64,000 bases of DNA from Patescibacteria group bacterium (GCA_003504275.1 DOAO01000006.1:66588-130587), one strand, 5' to 3'; counted from the first letter of the stretch, positions 45,255 through 55,691 are shown. A program made the numbers and translations. The notes: generated by a model from the letters alone, not told the origin.

Positions 45255-45938
45255 TTATTTATTTGGGAAACAGCTTCTACATGCGTCTTGGGCTTGTCCG
45301 GCCGGTACATAAGAACAGCTAGGGACAGAGCTAAACATAGAGCAATCTACACTAGGCGCACCGGAAGGTGCTGATCCGACCCCTGTTTCAGGTGGCACGA
45401 CGCCAGTGCTCGGAGGTGCGGAGATTTCACCCATATCAGTAGGTGCACCTGTCTGCGTAGGTATTGTTGGGATAGTGATATTCGGAGGAATGCTTCCGCC
45501 GGTCGGGATGGAGGGAATGGAGATTTGTGGCATCATGTTTGAGAGGTTTGGTGTACCAAGATTTATATTACTTGCTTTTACAACAGATACTTCGGTGTTG
45601 AAGTTAGTATTAAAGTCTCCAAGCTTAGGAGTGGCAATTTCTGGCATACGGAGGTTAAGCGCATTTAATTCAAGTTTTGGGAGAGGCGATACTGACACGT
45701 CAAAATCAGTACTTTCTATTGAGAGATTATCTAGCGCCTCCTCTTTTGTTTCTCCGCCGAGTATATTTTCTCTGACAGAATCTACGCTAATAGGTTTACC
45801 CTTAACCGCTAAATATGTTACCCCTCCGCCTCCTGCCAACAGCGCCACAATGAGGATAATTATAAGCGGAGCAATACCCCTCTTTAGATTATCTGTTTTC
45901 ACTCTCCCAAATTTTTCTTTGTTAATTTTTGTGTTCAT
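45255..45938 (-). CDS. Pro/Thr/Ser-rich surface protein with a pilin-like N-terminus and Cys-rich tip
   Basis: KRG|IAPLIIILIVALL class III-like signal; four Cys at the C-terminus. Confidence 0.65.
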   Translation of the reverse strand: MNTKINKEKFGRVKTDNLKRGIAPLIIILIVALLAGGGGVTYLAVKGKPISVDSVRENILGGETKEEALDNLSIESTDFDVSVSPLPKLELNALNLRMPEIATPKLGDFNTNFNTEVSVVKASNINLGTPNLSNMMPQISIPSIPTGGSIPPNITIPTIPTQTGAPTDMGEISAPPSTGVVPPETGVGSAPSGAPSVDCSMFSSVPSCSYVPAGQAQDACRSCFPNK

Positions 45939-46037
45939 ATGATTATTTTTTCCGTTATTTAGTTTTTACTCGTCCAATATCTTTTTATAAAAATTTAGGC
46001 GGGTAAATTTTATTTTTCATTATTTTGGTGTTGAAAA

Positions 46038-48890
46038 TTATCTCTCTGGTGGAACCTCGTTTCCGCTTGTAATATAGAAAGCGTCCAAAATGGCCGCTCC
46101 GGCTGTTGTTGCTTCCTTTTCGACTTTTAATGTATTTGCGCCACCACTGATCTTTATCGGACCAGCTATCTTGTGCCAACCGAATATTCCTTTGGCAGGA
46201 TCTATTTTTCTACTTGAAGCTGATAACTCCGCGAGGGAAATTTCCGGCGCTGTAACTATTTTGTTTCCATTAATATAGTACGTAGCTCTTCTGATTCCCT
46301 TTGCTTGGAAATTGTCTACATAGTCCCTAACCCAGATGTAATAGTGTGTAGAAATTGGTAATTCGAACCTATAAGAAAGGCTTTCTTTGCCACGCGATAG
46401 ATACCATACTCCGCTACCGTAATATGGTGGCCTCCAGCTTGGGTTCGTTTCCTCTCTAGAGTGCCAATCAGCTGTCTTCGGGAGGAGGCTCTTTGCGATC
46501 TCATCTTCGGCTTCTATCTTTACACCCTTAGGGGAGAAGAGAGATGCTTTTGTCTGTAGTTCTTCCATTTCTCGAACAAGCTTCTTTATTGCCTCGCCTT
46601 CTTCTTTGAGGCCACTCGTTTCGATAGCTTTCAGGAATGCGCCACTTGGTTTCTCTGATTTTGCGGAGTCACAAGTGTTTTTGATGTTTCCGAATTTGTT
46701 AATTATATTTTCCGATTTTGTTTTTATCTCGTCGAATTTTGTCTGAAGTTTTTGTATCGCTACACACTTTTCATCATTCTTTCCGTTGCAGGCGTTTTGG
46801 GTATCGGAGATCTTTTTGATACCAACACTTATATCAGCCTTAGCGCTTTCTGTCTGTGGAAGAACGGCTTTACAGATGGCGCGCTCACTTATTGTTGTCG
46901 CTTGTTCCTCCTGCAATTCTTTCGCCATAAGCTTCAATTTTTCCCCATCTTCTTTCAGTGTGTTAAATGAGGTACCTATCTTCTCAAAATCTTCTTCTCT
47001 TGGATTACTACAAAAAGCCGATACATCTTTCGCCCTTGTTGAAAAGGCGCTCATTTCGCGATTCAGTGCTTCATACTTGGTGCGTGTCTTATTTATGAGA
47101 TCGCAGTCCTCGGATGTATTACCAACACACTTTGCAAGATTATTTTTTAAAACAGAAAGATCGTTCTTGGTAACTTCAGTCTCGTATGCATTAAGCTGGG
47201 GGAGTACTTTACCACAAATAGCCTCTGCGCTGTCTGCTATGGCTTTGGATTTCTCAACTTCAAGCGCTTCCCCAAATACTTTCAGATCCTCACCATCACT
47301 TTGGATCTTTCTCATCAGAGAGATGAGTGTCTGGATATCGGCTTTTTCTTCATCCTTGCACATATTCTCGGCCATATTCATACCCGCGAGAAGTTCACTC
47401 ATTTTAGAACTAAGCGTCTCAAATCTGCCCGAGAATTGGTTCACTTTCAAACAGTCGTCGGAGGCGCTTCCCGCGCACTTCGCCTGAATATCATCTACTT
47501 TTTTAATATTCGTTTGCATTTGAGCTCTTGCTCCTTGGAACTTAGCGAGAGCTGTGGTGCAGACCTTGGAGACCGACTGTTGCATTGCTTTTTCTCCTTC
47601 CGCTCTCATTGTTTCCCACTTCATTTTGAATTCGTTGATCGCGTTCTGGAAGGCATTCTCATCTCCGGCCTCAAGCGCAACGTCCAGCCTGTCTGCAAGT
47701 ACTTTTTTGTCCTGATTCAATTCCGCTTTTATGCTCGCAACATTTTTAATCGTTGGATCATCTTTTCTGGCGGCCTCAATGTCTTTTTCCGAGGCATCGA
47801 GTTTCTTTAGTCCATCTTCAAGATTCTTGTCTAGTACTTTCATCACCATCTCTCTTCTTAGATTGAATGCTTCTTCTTTGTATTTGTCATATGCACCAAG
47901 ACCCGCATTTATGTCCGCTTGTATTTTGCCGTCTATTCCTTCGAAAAGTTTACCGAGCTCAATGAATTTACCTGCTTCACCTTGCTTCACTTCTTCAATT
48001 TTCGCTTGTACTTTCTGGGTAATCTCTTGTTTTTTGGCTTCAATGATAGGTTTTAGTCTTTCTTCTATCTGTGCCCTCATCGCAGCTATGTCGGCATCTG
48101 TGGGTTGTTTTGTAAATTTGAACGTGCCGGCAATTCTTCTTGCTTCGGCGTCGATTTCTGGTTCCATCTTCTTGCTTTCTTCGTCTATTGTTGGCTGAAT
48201 ACTGTCCTCAATCTTCTTTCTAAGTTCATCTCCTTTTTCTTTCATCTTCTTTTCAAATTCCGACATGAAAGTGCCGATGTATTTTGAGTCTATCTCTTCT
48301 CCCCATATTGAAAATTCTTCCGTTACTTTTTCAGCATCAGCAACAGTTTTGGCGTTACAAATATCATCAATTTTTCTTTGGCCTTCCGCCTGGATATCGT
48401 CAAAACTTGGGATGTTTGTGGTTATGCCAAGGATACTCTTAGCTTGTTCCATTTTTGGTGCCAAATTATTCTTGAGAGAATTCATTGCGCTGAAAAACAT
48501 TCCTGTTTTCCATTTTGCCATCGCACAGTATATTGGCACGATTTCCGCATCAGTTAAATATTTTCTGGCCTCTTCTGGAACCTTACCAGGTTTTTCTATT
48601 TGGGGTTTTTGTGGTTTGTGTTCCTGATATGCTTCCGGTGGAGCGCCAAATTCACTTTCAAATTGAGCTCTAGCTGCAGCGGCTTCTGATTGGGCTCTTG
48701 CTGATGCTTCACTTTTTGCTTGACCCTCTACTTGTGCTTTGTCGGCGTCAGATGGACCTTGTTGTTCAGGAGATACTCCTGTCGGACCGCCGTTTGGAGA
48801 TAGGTCGGCTAATGCTTTGTTGCCTGAAAGCAAAAAGCTAAAAAGAGCTAAAATTGCAATTGATAAAATATATATATTTTTTCTCTTCAT
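46038..48890 (-). CDS. Large secreted coiled-coil protein with Cys-bracketed repeats and a C-terminal beta-rich (CBM-like) domain
   Basis: Signal peptide ending ALA, three C...C.G....C...C helical repeats, terminal IEAED...YYIWVR...LDAFYIT. Confidence 0.7.
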   Translation of the reverse strand: MKRKNIYILSIAILALFSFLLSGNKALADLSPNGGPTGVSPEQQGPSDADKAQVEGQAKSEASARAQSEAAAARAQFESEFGAPPEAYQEHKPQKPQIEKPGKVPEEARKYLTDAEIVPIYCAMAKWKTGMFFSAMNSLKNNLAPKMEQAKSILGITTNIPSFDDIQAEGQRKIDDICNAKTVADAEKVTEEFSIWGEEIDSKYIGTFMSEFEKKMKEKGDELRKKIEDSIQPTIDEESKKMEPEIDAEARRIAGTFKFTKQPTDADIAAMRAQIEERLKPIIEAKKQEITQKVQAKIEEVKQGEAGKFIELGKLFEGIDGKIQADINAGLGAYDKYKEEAFNLRREMVMKVLDKNLEDGLKKLDASEKDIEAARKDDPTIKNVASIKAELNQDKKVLADRLDVALEAGDENAFQNAINEFKMKWETMRAEGEKAMQQSVSKVCTTALAKFQGARAQMQTNIKKVDDIQAKCAGSASDDCLKVNQFSGRFETLSSKMSELLAGMNMAENMCKDEEKADIQTLISLMRKIQSDGEDLKVFGEALEVEKSKAIADSAEAICGKVLPQLNAYETEVTKNDLSVLKNNLAKCVGNTSEDCDLINKTRTKYEALNREMSAFSTRAKDVSAFCSNPREEDFEKIGTSFNTLKEDGEKLKLMAKELQEEQATTISERAICKAVLPQTESAKADISVGIKKISDTQNACNGKNDEKCVAIQKLQTKFDEIKTKSENIINKFGNIKNTCDSAKSEKPSGAFLKAIETSGLKEEGEAIKKLVREMEELQTKASLFSPKGVKIEAEDEIAKSLLPKTADWHSREETNPSWRPPYYGSGVWYLSRGKESLSYRFELPISTHYYIWVRDYVDNFQAKGIRRATYYINGNKIVTAPEISLAELSASSRKIDPAKGIFGWHKIAGPIKISGGANTLKVEKEATTAGAAILDAFYITSGNEVPPER

Positions 48891-49025
48891 TTCTTTTTTA
48901 TGACTAATATTAACTTTTAATTTATTCGTTAATTATAACCTTACAAAAACGACAAAGCAACGTTATTTTATAAAATAAAAATCCCAAAGGTTTGTCCTTT
49001 GGGATCTGATTTTTTATTTGCGATA

Positions 49026-49610
49026 TTAGGAATTTATTTTCTCGGGTTTTGGTTTGTGATCTATCCAGATTCCATTTCTCCAGAGATAGAGATAGGAACC
49101 TTGAACTCTTGGTCTCTCAAAGCGCCAATGGGTAATTTCTAGATTAGGGTTATCGTCTTCAAATTTCTTAAGAGCCAACAGTACGGATTTGGCGATTTCC
49201 TCTCCCAAACCATATCCTAGCTCTATCTCAACAAAAGAATGATTACCAATTGTGATTATTTTTTCTACTTCAATCTTACTATCGTCCTCGTCGTCACCAT
49301 CTGTCTCATTTTCTTCTGTTTCCTCACCGTCTTCTTCGTTTTCGGTTTCATTTTCTTCATCTTCATTGTTATCGTTGTCGCTTTCTTCTTCTGTCGTATT
49401 ATTGTCGCTATCGTTTTCTGTATTATTGGTATTTCCTTCCTCTTCTTTGTCGTTATTGAAAACATCGTCACGATTCTCTCCGAGTGGAACCGATTTTATG
49501 AGCCAGTCGGGTTCTTTGGGTTTCAAGGTGACTTTACTGCATTTAAACAAGATAAGGATTACCACCACTATTATCGCGAGAATGAGTAAAAAAAATGTTG
49601 AAAAATTCAT
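49026..49610 (-). CDS. Membrane-anchored acidic hypothetical protein
   Basis: N-terminal TM, E/D/N-rich linker, AAGGAGG SD. Confidence 0.7.
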   Translation of the reverse strand: MNFSTFFLLILAIIVVVILILFKCSKVTLKPKEPDWLIKSVPLGENRDDVFNNDKEEEGNTNNTENDSDNNTTEEESDNDNNEDEENETENEEDGEETEENETDGDDEDDSKIEVEKIITIGNHSFVEIELGYGLGEEIAKSVLLALKKFEDDNPNLEITHWRFERPRVQGSYLYLWRNGIWIDHKPKPEKINS

Positions 49611-49754
49611 TTATACCGCCTCCTTTTAAAGTTCTGATTTTCTGAGGTTATAATACAGATTTGTTTGATTGTTGTCAAACAAAAACGGGAGTGCTTATAT
49701 AAAAAAATGACCCCATAAAAATGAGGTCAATTTAACCATGTAGCTATTTACTAT

Positions 49755-50987
49755 TTAGTTGCTTTGGGGGTGGTCCATCAAGATAATCTTTGCTATTTTT
49801 TTAATCATTTTTCCATTCTCGGGACTCTCGTATTCAACGGTCACCATATCCCCAGCTTTTTTGTTGGAGTAAAGTAAAACCATTCTTATGTCGGCCCCAC
49901 TTTTGACGGTCTTGTTGTCGATTTTAAGTATTAAGTCGCCCTTTTTAAGTTTAGTGGTATGACCGAGAAGTGAGACTGTCTGAAAAACATTAAATTGGTT
50001 ATACTCATAAACGACAATAGCTCCTCTTTCGAAGCTCCCTTTTGCCAGTGCTATTAAATTTTTAATTTCTGTAATTTTTGTAATTTCCCTTAGTATTTCA
50101 ATATCTTCTTTGTTTACAATTATTTCTTTACCGAGTCTCGTGCTGCTACGCGGAAAGTCTTTAAGCATGGCTTCAACACCGAGACAAGGAACTTCTTTTT
50201 GTCCTTTCGCATTCTTGAGTGTCTTGAAAAGATTTATGGGAATTACGAAATTAAGATCATCGCTTGGTCCACCTTTTAACATGGCAATAACCTCACCCTT
50301 GTAATTAAAAATAGGTGAACCACTATTGCCGGGATAAAGTGGAGCCATTGTTTGTATGAAGTCTTCTAAATAACCAAAACCGATAACCCTGTGTGTTTGA
50401 CTGACTATTCCAGTCGAAAGCGTTTGTGAAAATTCGCCATAGGAATTTCCGATAGCCCATATCAAGTCGCCGGTTTTTACCAAATCAGAATTTCCAATTT
50501 TAACACCGCCATGATCTTCTTTTTTTATTCCAATACACCTTACGATTGCTGCATCAATATCATGACTGAAAGAGATAACCTCGCCTCTATACACCTTACC
50601 ATTTAAAATTATTTTGTTTGTGTATTTTTTTATCTTTATCGTTTCGGGAGGAATACCCATTAAAAAACTCATGATATCATTAGTCACGATTTCGTCGTTT
50701 TCAACTCTGACCATGTGGGCGTTCGTGTAGAGGATATTTTCTTCACCTTCAATAAAATATCCTGTTCCACGAAATCTTTGGGTTACTGCGCTGGAGACGC
50801 CATTATCATCGGTCTCCTTTTTGTCTAATTCAATGACCGTTTCAATGTCGCATATAGCGGACACATTTTCTTTAAATATCTTATTCCCAATATTTTGTAA
50901 TTCGGGAGTTGCTAAACATGGGGTTACTCCCATAGAGAAAGATACTGCCAAAATGATGGACAAACAAAGTAAAAATCTTTTACCCAT
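49755..50987 (-). CDS. HtrA/DegP-like trypsin protease with PDZ
   Basis: TNAH, DAAI, PGNSGSP, KGDLILKID; AGGAGGTG SD before ATG 50987. Confidence 0.9.
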   Translation of the reverse strand: MGKRFLLCLSIILAVSFSMGVTPCLATPELQNIGNKIFKENVSAICDIETVIELDKKETDDNGVSSAVTQRFRGTGYFIEGEENILYTNAHMVRVENDEIVTNDIMSFLMGIPPETIKIKKYTNKIILNGKVYRGEVISFSHDIDAAIVRCIGIKKEDHGGVKIGNSDLVKTGDLIWAIGNSYGEFSQTLSTGIVSQTHRVIGFGYLEDFIQTMAPLYPGNSGSPIFNYKGEVIAMLKGGPSDDLNFVIPINLFKTLKNAKGQKEVPCLGVEAMLKDFPRSSTRLGKEIIVNKEDIEILREITKITEIKNLIALAKGSFERGAIVVYEYNQFNVFQTVSLLGHTTKLKKGDLILKIDNKTVKSGADIRMVLLYSNKKAGDMVTVEYESPENGKMIKKIAKIILMDHPQSN

Positions 50988-51178
50988 AACCACACCTCCT
51001 CAGTGAGTCTTGTTGTATGTTTTTGTTTTTGATGTTTGTTAAAGGTGCTCTTCTATAAGAATTTACATATTTTTTAATGATGTCCAAAACCCCCTCCTTT
51101 TTAATTATTTTGTTTTCAATGTTCCTTATGTTTTTAGACTATCATGTGTTAAAAATTTATGCTAGGAGGTAAAGTTTG

Positions 51179-51758
51179 GAGGGGAATTGGTCATGAGTAA
51201 ATTTGCTGACGCAAATTTTTGATACGGGAAGAGAATCGATCACAACTCTTTTGCTTCGCAAAAGGTCGCAGCCCCGCCTCAGCTCCCATTCTTGCAGATA
51301 GCCGCGGGAGGAATCGGTCACAAACAAATCAGTTTGTGCCACGGAGAAGAATCGGTCACAGATATTTTGCTTCGCAAAATTCCGCGACCCTGCCTACCGG
51401 CAGGCAGGCCCGCCTCAGCTCCCGTTCTTGCAGAACGGGTCCCGCTTCCGGCTTTCGATTCTGATTTTTGCACTACAAAAATCATGTCGTAAGATTTAGC
51501 GCAACGAAGTTGTACTAAATTTACGACGCGTCCCGCTGGGCCGTGGGTATGTCGCGGGAGGTAATCGGTCACGAGTAGACTTGCTCCGCAAATCTCTCTC
51601 GGCCCCAGCTCAGCTCCCATTCAGCCGCGGGAGGAACCGGTCACAAGTTCCGCCTTTGGCGGACTCGCGACCCCAGCCTCGCATTCTGCTACGCAGAATA
51701 TGCTCCGGCTTTTCGATTCTCTCACGCAAGGTGTGCAGACACCTTGCTCCGCGGCACA
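51179..51758 (-). repeat. Degenerate array of tRNA-associated structured repeats downstream of tRNA-Leu
   Basis: About six copies of (plus strand) GCCGCGGGAG-AATCG-GTCAC, i.e. the tRNA-Leu 3' end fused to the module B end; core CGCGACCCCGCCTC shared with the 12.2-kb and 33.6-kb loci. Confidence 0.85.
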
Positions 51759-51796
51759 AATTAAAAAACCCAGCAGAAGCTGGATTTTTTAATTTG

Positions 51797-51880
51797 TGCC
51801 GCGGGAGAGAATCGAACTCTCATGACCTTGCGATCGATAGATTTTGAGTCTATTGCGTCTACCAATTCCGCCACCGCGGC
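51797..51880 (-). tRNA. tRNA-Leu(CAA)
   Basis: GCCGCGG/CCGCGGC acceptor, GGCGGAATTGGTAGACGC D-arm, ATAGA-CTCAAAA-TCTAT anticodon arm, long variable arm, GTTCGATTC. Confidence 0.95.
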
Positions 51881-51884
51881 ATTT

Positions 51885-52121
51885 TTATGTTAAAGATTTT
51901 AAAAATTCCTTACCACATCCCGTCTTTAAATACTTCTCATGATTTCTTGCCTCTTGCCTTGTTATAAACTCTTTTGTGAATATTACCCTAAATGGTCGAT
52001 AACTTCTAGTGGTTTTTTCTTTGCCTGTGTTGTGCTGATCGAAACGCCTTTTTAAATTATTAGTAAGACCAACATAAATATAATTTTTACTTTCACTTTT
52101 AAGTGCATATATAAAAAACAT
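51885..52121 (-). CDS. Small GIY-YIG nuclease
   Basis: FIYAL...YVGLTNNLKRRFDQHN.G....T..YRP...EA...EKYLK. Confidence 0.92.
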   Translation of the reverse strand: MFFIYALKSESKNYIYVGLTNNLKRRFDQHNTGKEKTTRSYRPFRVIFTKEFITRQEARNHEKYLKTGCGKEFLKSLT

Positions 52122-52126
52122 AATTA

Positions 52127-52182
52127 TGAGTCTATTGCGCCTGTCTGCCGGTAGGCAGGTCTACCAATTCCGCCACCGCGGC
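52127..52182 (-). pseudogene. Duplicated 5' half of tRNA-Leu (up to the anticodon) with a 20-bp palindrome insertion
   Basis: Identical to 51845-51880 apart from CCTGTCTGCCGGTAGGCAGG inserted at 52140-52159. Confidence 0.9.
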
Positions 52183-52243
52183 ATTATTCAGTTGTTTAGA
52201 CAATATACAAGAAAGGGGTAATTTTTGCAAAAATAGAATACTT

Positions 52244-54443
52244 TTAAACTATTTTTAAATTTGGATACTTTTTTCTGAGTTCTTTTCCTTCGTTATAAGG
52301 GATTTGGTCGAGAAAAATATATCCACCCGCTGTTTCAGGTAGTTTCAACCCCTCAGAGGACTGGAGACTGCTAAGATTAAGATTACCACCCACTGTTTTA
52401 GGTAGCTTCAATCCTTCTGCTGATAGGAGATTGCTGAGATAAAGATTACCACCCACTGCTTCAGGTAGCTTTAACCCTTCGGCGGATTGGAGGCTACTGA
52501 GGTAAATATCACCATTTATTGTTTCTGTTAGTTTCAACCCTTCAGCGGATTCTAGACTACTGAGATTAAGATTACCGCCCACTGTTTCCGGTAGTTCCAA
52601 TCCTTCAGCGGATTCTAGACTACGGAGATCAAGAGATCCACCCACTGCTTCAGGTAACTTCAATCCTTCGGCGGATTGAAGATCGTTTAGATTAAGATTA
52701 CCACCCACTGTTTCCGGTAGTTCCAATCCTTCAGCGGATTCTAGACTACGGAGATCAAGAGATCCACCCACTGCTTCAGGTAACTTCAATCCTTCTGCTG
52801 ATAGGAGATTGCTGAGATAAAGATTACCACCCACTGCTTCAGGTAGCCTCAATCCTTCGGCAGATTTTAGACTACTGAGATCAAGGCTAGTACCCACTGC
52901 TTCAGGTAGCTTCAATCCTTCGGCAGATTTTAGACTACTGAGATCAAGGTGTTCGCCTATTTTTTCTGGAAGTTCCAATCCTTCTGCAAAACGGAGGCCA
53001 CGAAGAGACAACCCTCTACCGATTATTTTCGGTAATTTCAAATCTTTGGCAGATTCTAGCCCATCAAGACTAAGACTACCACTTATTCTTTCTATAAATT
53101 TCAATCTGTTAATCGACTCAATTTTATAAAGACGAAGACCGCCGTAATGAAACTTAATTCCTTCACACATAGCTTCCTTTTCTGTGCCTATACTAATTTC
53201 TTCTTCAAGATAACCGGTTATCGAAGAGAGGTCTGCTTTAATTTTCCTACCTTTCGTTATCTCCTCAGTCCTTGGATCTTCTCCATATCCAAACCCTTCA
53301 ATCCTTGAATCTAGCTGATACAAAAAGGTAAGATCGTCTTTCGTCAGTTCTTCTCCTTTTGCTTTTTTCTTGTCTATCTCGGTAAGCTTCTTCATATCTC
53401 TCTCTTTCTTTTCATACTTCGCGCCGTCGGGAAATTCCTTAAGCTTACTCTTTACAACCTCACCAATATATGGATCGAGATTTTGTTCTTTAGCGATACC
53501 TCTCACTTCTCCAATTTTTGAATCACTCATACGAATAGCAACCCTGGGGATAGTGGGCTTACCTTGTTTATCGTTGGAGTAATAGACATAGAAGTCTCCG
53601 CCTTCAAGTTGAATTTTGGCTGTTGATTCTCCTGCAGTACACCATCCGGTACCATGACCTTGGAGTGATTCTACGAGTGGCATGTGATCAGATTTCTGAG
53701 GATATTTAATCCACCTTCCTTCAGTGTTCAGTAATTCATTCTCTTCTGTCGGTGTTACTTTTTCGATAGCATAGGCGTAGAGTTTACCGAAGTTTGAACC
53801 TTCAAGAAGTTTCTTAAATTCAGGATTATTTTCTATGTCCGGTATTTCTTCATTACCGGCTTTTTTGACAATGGCATCTACTACATAGGCGAGTGCTTCG
53901 CGATTGAGATCGGGAAATGGAGCGACAGTACCTTTATCTCTCTTACCAAAGGCATGTTTCTCTTTGTCGAAGGTAGATAGCTTGAGCATATTATTAAATG
54001 CCCAGTATTTAGCCCACATAGGATAACTATCTGAATCAGGAGAGGAGAGGTAATTGACCCAATTGTCTAATGTAGAGTTTTGGTCATTGATGATTACTTC
54101 GCTCAGCTGTTCTTTTGTCTCGTCGGTAATCTCAATATCGCCGTGTCCTTGTTCACGAGCTAATCTTTTTTGATTGTCATAATAGCTTTCAGGAATGTCT
54201 TCTGGTTTAATGACATATTCTTTGTGATAATGTTCCTTGATTCTTTCTAATACTCTAGGGTCATCTCTATGTCCTGTGTGAGTTCTTTTGATGACTTCTA
54301 GGAAGTCAGAGATCTTGTCTATCGGTTTTTTGTGAGATTTCTTCACCCGCTATTTTCTTCCTTTTCATTTCGTGCTCTACCTCTTGGGTTTTGTGAAGAT
54401 TTGAGTCTTTTTGATGTAAAAATTGTTCACCTGGATTTTTCAT
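52244..54443 (-). CDS. Leucine-rich-repeat protein (22-aa units) with an apparent +1 frameshift near the 5' end
   Basis: Repeats LxLSSLxSAEGLKLPExVGG. ATG at 54443 (MKNPGEQFLHQ...GEEISQK) joins the 700-aa ORF if one base is removed from the T6 tract at 54326-54331. Confidence 0.75.
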
Positions 54444-54547
54444 CAATTTATTATATATTTTTCAATGTTGAAAGCAAACTGATATTTTTTTGCAAAAAGC
54501 TAAGTTGATGATAAAATCAGAGCATCACTAGTTAATTTTCTCATCAT

Positions 54548-55531
54548 ATGGAACCACTCGAAAGTAAAAACAATATAAGCAATTCTATATTCTGGATTGA
54601 GACGAGTAAAATCAATCCAAATCCTTATCAACCGAGAAAAGAATTTGATGAAAAGGCCCTCAGAGAACTTGCCGACTCTATAAAACAATACGGAATTTTA
54701 CAGCCACTTGTCGCTACAAGAAGGGAGATAGAGAAGCCTGATGGTGGACTTGCTGTTGAGTATGAACTTATTTCAGGAGAAAGAAGGCTTCGTGCCTCTA
54801 AACTCGCAGGACTTGCACAGGTGCCTGTCGTTATAAGAACAGGGGAACAGTCCGATGTTCTTAAATTTGAATTAGCCATTATTGAGAACCTCCAAAGAGA
54901 AGACTTAAATGTAATAGACAGGGCTAAGGCATTTCAGCAACTCGCCGAGAAATTCAATTACAAACATGTGGAAATTGCCGCTAAGGTGGGTAAAAGTCGT
55001 GAATATGTTTCGAACAGTATCAGGGTTCTCGCATTACCAGCCGATATTCAAGACGCTCTTACAAATCGCAAAATAACAGAAGGACACTGCCGACCGCTCC
55101 TCATGCTTTGTGATAAACCAGCCGAGCAAATGACCTTGTATAAGGAAATTGTTTACAAAAAGCTCACAGTAAGAGAGGCGGAATCTATTTCTAGGCATAT
55201 TGCGACCGATAAGGTACGAAAGAAAGAGTATATTATGGATCCTGATATTCTTGATATGGAATCTAAGCTTACAGAGAAGCTGGGTACACGTGTTCATATT
55301 GAGAAGAAAGATTTTGGCGGTAAGGTCACAATAGACTTTTTCTCTAAGGAAGATTTAAGGAGTTTGCTTGACATGGTCTCAAAAGGAAAGATTGCGTTGC
55401 CTAAAAATACAGTCATTACGGTAGAAGAGACATCCGCTGTTGCAGAGAATGGAGTTCCTGTAGATGACAGTACACCGGAAGATACTGTAGACGATTCCGA
55501 ACTATATTCAATAAAAAATTTCTCACTTTAA
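54548..55531 (+). CDS. parB: Chromosome partitioning protein ParB/Spo0J
   Basis: NPYQPRKEF, GILQPL, ISGERRLRA, IENLQREDLN, HTH. Confidence 0.95.
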   Translation: MEPLESKNNISNSIFWIETSKINPNPYQPRKEFDEKALRELADSIKQYGILQPLVATRREIEKPDGGLAVEYELISGERRLRASKLAGLAQVPVVIRTGEQSDVLKFELAIIENLQREDLNVIDRAKAFQQLAEKFNYKHVEIAAKVGKSREYVSNSIRVLALPADIQDALTNRKITEGHCRPLLMLCDKPAEQMTLYKEIVYKKLTVREAESISRHIATDKVRKKEYIMDPDILDMESKLTEKLGTRVHIEKKDFGGKVTIDFFSKEDLRSLLDMVSKGKIALPKNTVITVEETSAVAENGVPVDDSTPEDTVDDSELYSIKNFSL

Positions 55532-55691
55532 TTATCATATAATTTTCCGATAAATATTATATATGGTGTGGTTTTTGTCTTGTTAATAACTTTTTTGACA
55601 AGATTATTTGTAAAAGAGATAATCAAACAAAACTATTTGATATTTGAAAAATAAAACAAATTATATTTTCCAAGAAAAGGAGGTTTTTATT

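Noticed and set aside
51179-51758. CRISPR array
   Set aside because: Repeats are irregular in length and spacing and derive from tRNA-Leu, the intervening sequences are homologous hairpins, and no cas genes are present.
51157-51847. Short overlapping ORFs (61-100 aa) on both strands
   Set aside because: They are translations of GC-rich repeat and tRNA sequence (e.g. LPAGRQ from the 20-bp palindrome).
51797-52182. Group I intron or split tRNA at tRNA-Leu
   Set aside because: The downstream tRNA is complete on its own, and the insert is almost entirely ORF with no room for a ribozyme core.
52320-53080. DGR TR/VR pair or CRISPR within the 66-bp repeats
   Set aside because: These are in-frame coding LRR repeats, and the differences are not adenine-specific.
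54450-55640. parS site or replication origin near parB
   Set aside because: I saw no TGTTTCACGTGAAACA-like palindrome or DnaA-box cluster by eye.
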